Shown here: positions 57,737 through 64,000 of the stretch, one piece after another
Layout: each line of letters starts with the position of its first letter
Position numbering within the stretch: the first letter of the stretch is position 1
NCBI GenBank assembly: GCA_000965745.1
Contig: CP009479.1
Coordinates: 1,824,001-1,888,000, forward strand
Origin: an uncultured archaeon
GTDB lineage: Archaea; Thermoplasmatota; Thermoplasmata; Thermoplasmatales; Thermoplasmataceae
Direction: 5' to 3'
DNA length: 64,000 nt
The notes under the pieces: model-generated
Told to the model about the DNA's origin: nothing
Seen by the model: only the letters and a program-made list of their open reading frames with translations
The model's database searches: none
Position numbers and translations under genes: made by a program

Positions 57737-59773
57737 ATGCCGACCGATCCGGTATGTGGGATGTATGTCCCGGAAACATCGGATCTTTTTGTAGAAAAAG
57801 ATGGTGAGAAATACTACTTCTGCTCCAAATCGTGCATGGAGAGGTTTACCTCTCCCGAGGAGGAGACCAGAAAGTTAAGATCAAGGCTTATTGTAGGATG
57901 GAGCCTGTCAATACCAATCATCATACTCACTTTTGTGCTTGACTGGCCATACAAAAATTACCTGCTCCTTGCAATGGCAGTGCCCGTCCAGTTTTACTCC
58001 GGCCTTGGTTTTTACTCCGGTGCATATCATTCACTCAAAACCAGGACGAGCAATATGGATCTCCTGGTTACGCTTGGCACCCTGATTGCATTTATCTTTT
58101 CAGTGTCCATAACAGTAAGCCCCGGGATAATACTAAACTCACCCACATTCTTCGATGCGTCGGCATTCATCATCACAATGATCCTTACTGGGAACTACAT
58201 AGAGAACCTTACAAAAGTTCGTGCAGGCGGAGCTGCAAGAAAACTCCTGGAAATGATTCCCGCCACTTCGCATTACGTGAAAAGCGATGGGTCGATTGTT
58301 GACGGTGATACGGACAGGATGAAGCCGGGCGACAGGATCCTGGTAAAGGCGGGTGAAGTTGTTGTGGCAGACGGTATAGTATTTGAGGGCAGCAGCGAAG
58401 TTGACGAATCCCTTATAACAGGGGAACAAAACCCTGTCCTCAAAGAGAACGGCGACAAAGTGATATCAGGGACAAAGAACCTGAACGGATCGCTTACCGT
58501 TGAAGTAACAAATGTGGGCAAGAACAGTACAGTCAGCCTGATACATGATCTCCTGGAGAAGGCAACTTTTGGAAGGTCAAAGGTTCAGAGGATCGCCGAC
58601 GTCTTCTCCAGCGTGTTTGTCCCGGTAGTTCTCTCAATCGCTGCAGGAACTGCCATTTTCTGGTTCCTCCACCTTGGAGGCATCGGCAACAGGCAGGCTG
58701 TTGAAGTGGCGATTCTATCATTTGTATCAGTAGTTGTGATCGCATGCCCCTGTGCAATAGGCCTGGCCGGTCCAATAACTTTCCTTGTATCTTCCACATC
58801 TTCATCCGGAAAAGGCATCATCATCAGGAACCCGGGAGCTTTTGACAGATTTGTTAAGGTGAACAGGGTTGTTTTTGACAAAACGGGAACGATAACCGAA
58901 GCCGACCCTTCAATCCATGAGATCAACGTTACGGGGTCCCACAGCAGAGGGGAAAGTCTGCTTCTGTCCGCCTCCCTTGAAAAATATTCCAATCATCCGA
59001 TAGCAAAGGCGATTGTTAAGTTCGCAAGAGATGAGGAGATCGTTCTCTACGAAGCCAAGAACGTGGTGGAGACCCCAGGCAGGGGAATAAAAGGTGATGT
59101 GGCGGGAAAGTCCGTTGAAGTAACCAGAAGTGAGGGTGCAGTCGGTTCCAGGGTCATGGTATACGTGGACGGAGAACCATCATGCGAGTTTACAGTTTCT
59201 TACAGGATCAGGGAACAGGCCAAATCCGTAGTAGAAGAGCTCAAGAGAAACGGAATCAGGACATCGATTGTGACTGGAGATTCCAGAGAGGAAGCTGAAA
59301 GGGTAGCAAACGAGGTGGGAATTGAAGAAGTTCATTCACAAGCATCTCCTGAGGATAAATCTGAGATTGTAAAAAAATACCAGATGGAGGGTGATTACGT
59401 TCTCTTTGTGGGGGATGGAATCAACGACAGCATCGCAATGGAAGTGTCGGATGTGGGTGTGGCAATGGGATCAGGCACTGATATTGCAAAGGAAAGTGGA
59501 GACATAATACTTCTTAACAACGACCTTAGAAATATATTGCGCTCCAAGAGCATTAGCGAAAAAACACTTGCTAAAGTGAAGCAGAACCTTGGATGGGCTG
59601 TGGGGTACAACACTGTCCTGATACCAATCGGAGCAGGCATACTTGTCCCGCTTACCGGGTCATGGATATTTTCCATAATGCCGATATTTGCATCATTTGC
59701 AATGGGTTTCAGTTCCACATCTGTTGTTATAAACTCGCTTTTCCTGAGAAGAAAGCTTGAATCACTTCAATGA
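57737..59773 (+). CDS. copA: Cu(I)-transporting P1B ATPase with N-terminal YHS/TRASH domain
   Basis: DPVCGM, TGE, CPC, DKTGT, HP, GDGIND, YN and M..SS ligands. Confidence 0.92.
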   Translation: MPTDPVCGMYVPETSDLFVEKDGEKYYFCSKSCMERFTSPEEETRKLRSRLIVGWSLSIPIIILTFVLDWPYKNYLLLAMAVPVQFYSGLGFYSGAYHSLKTRTSNMDLLVTLGTLIAFIFSVSITVSPGIILNSPTFFDASAFIITMILTGNYIENLTKVRAGGAARKLLEMIPATSHYVKSDGSIVDGDTDRMKPGDRILVKAGEVVVADGIVFEGSSEVDESLITGEQNPVLKENGDKVISGTKNLNGSLTVEVTNVGKNSTVSLIHDLLEKATFGRSKVQRIADVFSSVFVPVVLSIAAGTAIFWFLHLGGIGNRQAVEVAILSFVSVVVIACPCAIGLAGPITFLVSSTSSSGKGIIIRNPGAFDRFVKVNRVVFDKTGTITEADPSIHEINVTGSHSRGESLLLSASLEKYSNHPIAKAIVKFARDEEIVLYEAKNVVETPGRGIKGDVAGKSVEVTRSEGAVGSRVMVYVDGEPSCEFTVSYRIREQAKSVVEELKRNGIRTSIVTGDSREEAERVANEVGIEEVHSQASPEDKSEIVKKYQMEGDYVLFVGDGINDSIAMEVSDVGVAMGSGTDIAKESGDIILLNNDLRNILRSKSISEKTLAKVKQNLGWAVGYNTVLIPIGAGILVPLTGSWIFSIMPIFASFAMGFSSTSVVINSLFLRRKLESLQ

Positions 59774-59820
59774 GGTTCACTGTACCAATAAATCTTTATT
59801 TAGTTTGCAATTTAAAGGGT

Positions 59821-60804
59821 GTGAAGACTTTCCCCGTGATTCTCGCAGTCGCGTTTATTATTCTTGCATTTTCTGCCGGGACTGCGGTAGCTGATACTCA
59901 AGAGTCTGAAGTTCAGGTTCTGCCCTCACCCAGCATAACCCTGAATGTGACTAACGGCACCTTCTACAACCTTACCTTCGCCGGGATTGTCCTAGTTACC
60001 CATACTGGAATGTACAACACGAACTTTAATGAGAACCACTGGGTTTTTTCCAAGGTAAACAACACATCATATTTTTACAAGTCCAACGTCAAGCTCAAAA
60101 GGGGAATGGGTGAAAGCGGAACTCCCGACACAGCATCCCCGGTACAGGATCAGAACAACCAGCAGAACTCAATAAATGCAGAGGTGAAAATTTCCCTCAA
60201 TGCGCTTGGGTATTCCCTTTCCAATCTGAGAATCAACAATATTTCTTCCGCACAAGACAACTACTCTTTTCCCGATTACTCGGTGCTGGAGATAACAATA
60301 TCAATTGTGCTGCAGAACCCTGTTCAGGGTCCGGGAGCCCTTTACCTTTACCAGTTGATCAAATCCTCCAATCAGTCAAACAATGCAGTAAAATACTATC
60401 TTGGAAATGTCACGCACAACGCCAGAGACCGGATGCATGGCGATCATGAAGGCATGCAGATCCTGCCATCTGCAAAGAACCGGCTGGGTGCATTCTACTG
60501 GTGGAACAATACTTTCCAGCTCAACGGTGTTGGCAAGAACCTGACATCAACTGTTGCCCTGAAGGACGGCGGAATATACCTGGCCTTCAAGTTTCCATTC
60601 AACAATACACTGAAGAGCGTATACCAGGACCCGTATTTTGGAGTTCCCGGCACCCCGCTGTTCAAGAACCCGATCATCAAGAAGGATTTTGGTCAGCTTG
60701 TAAACTATGTGATCATCCATGCAGAGTATCTTGGAACTGGTGTGGTTGCCGGAGTCGGCCTCCTCGGCATTTCGTACTCAGTGTACCGCAGGCGAAGGTT
60801 CTGA
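59821..60804 (+). CDS. Secreted, C-terminally anchored Asn-rich surface protein
   Basis: Signal peptide, many NxS/T sequons, C-terminal TM plus RRRR. Confidence 0.7.
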   Translation: MKTFPVILAVAFIILAFSAGTAVADTQESEVQVLPSPSITLNVTNGTFYNLTFAGIVLVTHTGMYNTNFNENHWVFSKVNNTSYFYKSNVKLKRGMGESGTPDTASPVQDQNNQQNSINAEVKISLNALGYSLSNLRINNISSAQDNYSFPDYSVLEITISIVLQNPVQGPGALYLYQLIKSSNQSNNAVKYYLGNVTHNARDRMHGDHEGMQILPSAKNRLGAFYWWNNTFQLNGVGKNLTSTVALKDGGIYLAFKFPFNNTLKSVYQDPYFGVPGTPLFKNPIIKKDFGQLVNYVIIHAEYLGTGVVAGVGLLGISYSVYRRRRF

Positions 60805-61320
60805 CTATTCGTCTTCATCAATAAGGGAAAGGAAGTTTTCTGAAAGTGTCTCTATGAAGCTTTCGCGGTACTTCCTGGCAGCATCGAGTAGCCTTGTTAA
60901 TTCTCTGATCTTAACGAAGCTTGTGCCTTCCTCCTCGAAGATCTCAATAATCCTGTCGCTGGCCAGGTCTTTAAGGACCTGCTTTCTTTTCTCCACCTTG
61001 GATTTCCTTACCCTCATAAGGTTCGAAAGGGGTAGTGTATCAGCCCTGGCCAGTTTCTGAAGAATCTCCCTGCTGTTGTTGCTTCTCAGGTAGAACAGAA
61101 GCTGCCTTTCGGAAAAACTGTCGCTTGAGATGCAGAAATATCTCTTTACTTTGCCGTCCTCACGGGAAACAATCCTCTCATCCTTTTCAAGCTGGTACAG
61201 ATGGTATTCCACCTGGCCTACTGCAAGCCCTGACCTTCTCTGTATTTCCCGGAAGTGTATGCCGGGATTTTCCTCTATCAGGCCGAAGATTGAGTCTCTC
61301 GTGGTAGGATGCTCGTTCAC
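60805..61320 (-). CDS. Winged-HTH transcriptional regulator (ArsR/MarR-like)
   Basis: NPGIHFREI...GQVEYHL..LE. Confidence 0.85.
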   Translation of the reverse strand: MNEHPTTRDSIFGLIEENPGIHFREIQRRSGLAVGQVEYHLYQLEKDERIVSREDGKVKRYFCISSDSFSERQLLFYLRSNNSREILQKLARADTLPLSNLMRVRKSKVEKRKQVLKDLASDRIIEIFEEEGTSFVKIRELTRLLDAARKYRESFIETLSENFLSLIDEDE

Positions 61321-61596
61321 TTAACCAATACCCCTTACTATGGCAGCGTAGAACAGTATCAGAATCAGCAGTTCAACCCCAAGAAGGATGGTGATTTCAA
61401 ATCCCGTGAAGGGGATAACCGAGAAGACCTGCAATACAAAAACTACGTTGGAGATCAGGATTATTATGAAAACTGCGCCAATATATGAAAGAATCCTAGC
61501 TCTCCTTCTCCTTGTTACTCTCCTGGTAATGCCTAGCAGGAATATGGAAAGCACTATTGAGAGACCGGATATCAGGATGGCGAGTTCATACATCAT
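61321..61596 (-). CDS. Small 3-TM membrane protein
   Basis: Hydrophobic 91 aa; stop codon abuts the wHTH start. Confidence 0.75.
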   Translation of the reverse strand: MMYELAILISGLSIVLSIFLLGITRRVTRRRRARILSYIGAVFIIILISNVVFVLQVFSVIPFTGFEITILLGVELLILILFYAAIVRGIG

Positions 61597-61645
61597 TTAG
61601 CTAAACATTATGATATATGTTAAATTTCCCCAGACGAAATGCGGA

Positions 61646-64000
61646 TTATGGGAAAATGACAGCGTAGCCGAATTCGTTGAGCTCCTTCTTTGCCTGTTCC
61701 CTGTATTTATTGTCACCGAACACTTTCACGACCCTGAGGGTGTACTGGTTCTTTCTGGTCTGGAGGGCGGTGATTATCTCCCCGTTACGTATGTAGAAAT
61801 ACATGTTCAGTGTCCCGAAACGGCTGCGGATATAGTCCTGGAAGTACAGGGTGATAAGGTCCTTGGGGGACATGACCCGGTTTCCTGAACCCTTCTTCGC
61901 CTGTTTGCTGAACTCTTTTTCCACATACACTGTTTTCCGCTCAAGGCTTATGACACTCCTGATCAGCCCCTCCTCAAGCATCCTGTCCCTTGCATCCCTG
62001 AAATCTTCATCCGCCTCAACCCCCGTGACCTTATGGTATCTTTCCTCATCGAAAAACCCGAACGTTGAGATCATTGCTTTCAGTATTAATGCCACAGCCT
62101 CTTCTCTGGAGTATTTCTCCGGAACGAATACGAGCTTCCTGCTGAAATCCTTTGCCACGAGGTTGTTAACATACAGTTTCTTTATTACGTCCTTGGTTCC
62201 GTAAATGCTTTTCTTAAGCCTTGCCAGGATTTCATTCTCAGTGGCCCCGCCGCTTTCAATAACTGCCCTCAGGACTCTCTGGTCCTCCTGGCTCAGCTCG
62301 AGATTCTTTATTGCCCTGTATACAGAGATGATCTCAAGAGGTGCATAGGCCTGTGAGCCGTAGGGCCCGCTGAATGTGAATATCAGCCTTGACTGAAAAT
62401 AATTGCTCAACTGGACGTTCCTTATGCCGAGATAGTTGGCCTCTATATCGGTTCTGACGCCAAGGGGCTCATCCTTGAGCATGTTGTATATGGATTCGCC
62501 ATCCCTTTTCTTCTTTGACATCTTGGAATATGAGTAAGAGAATAGGTCCTCCTCCCCGATGTCCGTGATTTCTGCATCGCCAACGGTAATGAATCCGGCT
62601 TCTTCCCTGAATTTCATGGCGATTGCCTCAGAGGTGAAATCCTCCGACGGTGGCGTAATCACTACGGAGTTCAGCTTCAATCTCTCCCTGATGCCGCTTA
62701 CTGCCTCGAGCAGGTCCTTGCCGGATTGATCAGAGTAGAGTACCAGGTTGTCAATCCATAGAATGGAGTTGTTCTGCTCCATTGTGAATGTTGCATCATC
62801 AGTGCCACGTGAAATAAGGCGTGCGTTGAAATCAACCTCTCTTTCATATACGCGGCCCAGGTATATTGAAATCGGGTCCTGAAGCCTCACTATGATTGAA
62901 TCTGTCCCTTTCTTCTTCTTTGAGGAACCATAGTACAGGTTGTTTCTGAAGTACACAGGTTTCAGGCCTGTTTTTTCAAGCTCTTCTCCCGCATATATCC
63001 AGAATGTCCTTGAAAGCTCCTCTGCAGTAACAGGCCCGTATTTATCCACCAGGAACATTATGGCATCAGTTTTCCCATCCGGCTTGTCTAGTCCGAAAAG
63101 CGGGTTGAACAGTCCATCATTGTCTCTGGAAATGCTTAGCCTGTATTCTAGGTCCTTCAGAAGCTGCCTTACAACTTTTTGCGGGTATCCAGACCGCACT
63201 ACCAGCGATTTTTCATCTCTGAACCCCTCGGATATAAGGTGCATCACCTTCCGGGCTTCTTCGGATGGCTCATCGTATCGGAGCCTGTGCAATGCATCTG
63301 CAAGGTCAAAGGATGCGTATGAAAGCTTATGCTTGATGATCTTTCCATAAACCACTCTGCGCTCCTCAACCAGATTTCTGAGCGACTCATGGGAGAAGTT
63401 CTTGACTCTGACCTTAATGTCCCAGTCGTTTATTGCAAAGCCATACTTATCAAAATAAGATTGAACGTCCTTTACCACTGTAGACAGGTTACGGATTCTT
63501 TCTTTTGACAAGTCTTCCTGTGGGCCCCCTGTAAGTGCTTCCAGATCAGCCTTCAGCATGTATTGCTTTACAAAGACCGGGGTGATGTAGTCATAGACCA
63601 GCGTCTCTGAGGATGTGAGATCTTCAAGCGCACCTTCAATCAGCTCCTGGGAAACGGGAAGCTTGATAAGCAATTCGTCAAGAGTCAGGGGCCCGAATGA
63701 TCCTATGATCTTCGTGAGTATGTTCCTGGCAGCCTCTTTTTCATCTCCGGGAATGTCCGGCATATCGTTGCTGTGATAGACTGTTGTTTCTCCCCTCATC
63801 TTTTTCCTTACAATATATTCTGATTCGAGGTTGACCAGGCAGTCCTTGAGATCATTCTCGGCCATCCCCAATGCATCCCTGATCTCGCCAAAGCTCTTTC
63901 CGGTGCACTGCTCCAGGATTCTGTCATATTTTTCATCGGGGGAAATTTCTCTCTTGAAGAGGGTCATGAAGTCGCCGTAGAAGTCAATGTGTGTCCACTG
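61646..64000 (-). CDS. C-terminal part of a large multi-winged-helix protein, probably Lhr-type helicase (5'-truncated)
   Basis: Frame open to the window end; repeated FGPLT/YGPVT wHTH units and DP motifs as in Lhr/AlkZ-like C-terminal domains; no helicase motifs in window. Confidence 0.6.
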   Translation of the reverse strand, partial: QWTHIDFYGDFMTLFKREISPDEKYDRILEQCTGKSFGEIRDALGMAENDLKDCLVNLESEYIVRKKMRGETTVYHSNDMPDIPGDEKEAARNILTKIIGSFGPLTLDELLIKLPVSQELIEGALEDLTSSETLVYDYITPVFVKQYMLKADLEALTGGPQEDLSKERIRNLSTVVKDVQSYFDKYGFAINDWDIKVRVKNFSHESLRNLVEERRVVYGKIIKHKLSYASFDLADALHRLRYDEPSEEARKVMHLISEGFRDEKSLVVRSGYPQKVVRQLLKDLEYRLSISRDNDGLFNPLFGLDKPDGKTDAIMFLVDKYGPVTAEELSRTFWIYAGEELEKTGLKPVYFRNNLYYGSSKKKKGTDSIIVRLQDPISIYLGRVYEREVDFNARLISRGTDDATFTMEQNNSILWIDNLVLYSDQSGKDLLEAVSGIRERLKLNSVVITPPSEDFTSEAIAMKFREEAGFITVGDAEITDIGEEDLFSYSYSKMSKKKRDGESIYNMLKDEPLGVRTDIEANYLGIRNVQLSNYFQSRLIFTFSGPYGSQAYAPLEIISVYRAIKNLELSQEDQRVLRAVIESGGATENEILARLKKSIYGTKDVIKKLYVNNLVAKDFSRKLVFVPEKYSREEAVALILKAMISTFGFFDEERYHKVTGVEADEDFRDARDRMLEEGLIRSVISLERKTVYVEKEFSKQAKKGSGNRVMSPKDLITLYFQDYIRSRFGTLNMYFYIRNGEIITALQTRKNQYTLRVVKVFGDNKYREQAKKELNEFGYAVIFP

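Noticed and set aside
1-64000. CRISPR arrays, IS elements, rRNA, SRP or RNase P RNA
   Set aside because: No periodic repeats, transposase ORFs or matching RNA signatures seen by eye

Overview
Gene-dense archaeal chromosome segment, most likely Thermoplasmatales. Evidence: tricorn protease, thermopsin, stand-alone PduO, rhodanese-fused ThiI, an intron-containing tRNA-Tyr, and TATA boxes about 25 nt ahead of start codons. It holds about 58 CDS and one tRNA; I saw no CRISPR array, IS element or rRNA. Main blocks: peptide and amino-acid scavenging enzymes; a HerA/VirB4-like ATPase with a nuclease-like tail; a visibly AT-rich ~6.2 kb island (Gfo/Idh/MocA oxidoreductase, orphan gene, MFS transporter, mu-crystallin-type reductase, UbiD decarboxylase); thrB-thrC; a serA / class-V aminotransferase / DUF1015 / histidine-phosphatase cluster; an hppD-fahA-hmgA tyrosine-catabolic operon; a glutamine-synthetase-like ligase next to a papain-like orphan; a complete AmmeMemoRadiSam trio; a copper chaperone plus CopA with a distant TRASH regulator; and the C-terminal part of a probable Lhr-type helicase. 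Best candidates for an undescribed system: (1) a Fe-ADH/maleylacetate-reductase-fold protein that has lost its metal and NAD motifs and sits where maleylacetoacetate isomerase would be expected; (2) the gamma-glutamyl ligase plus papain-like pair; (3) the UbiD / imine-reductase island; (4) the DUF1015 serine cluster. All family calls come from motif recognition by eye; no searches were run.
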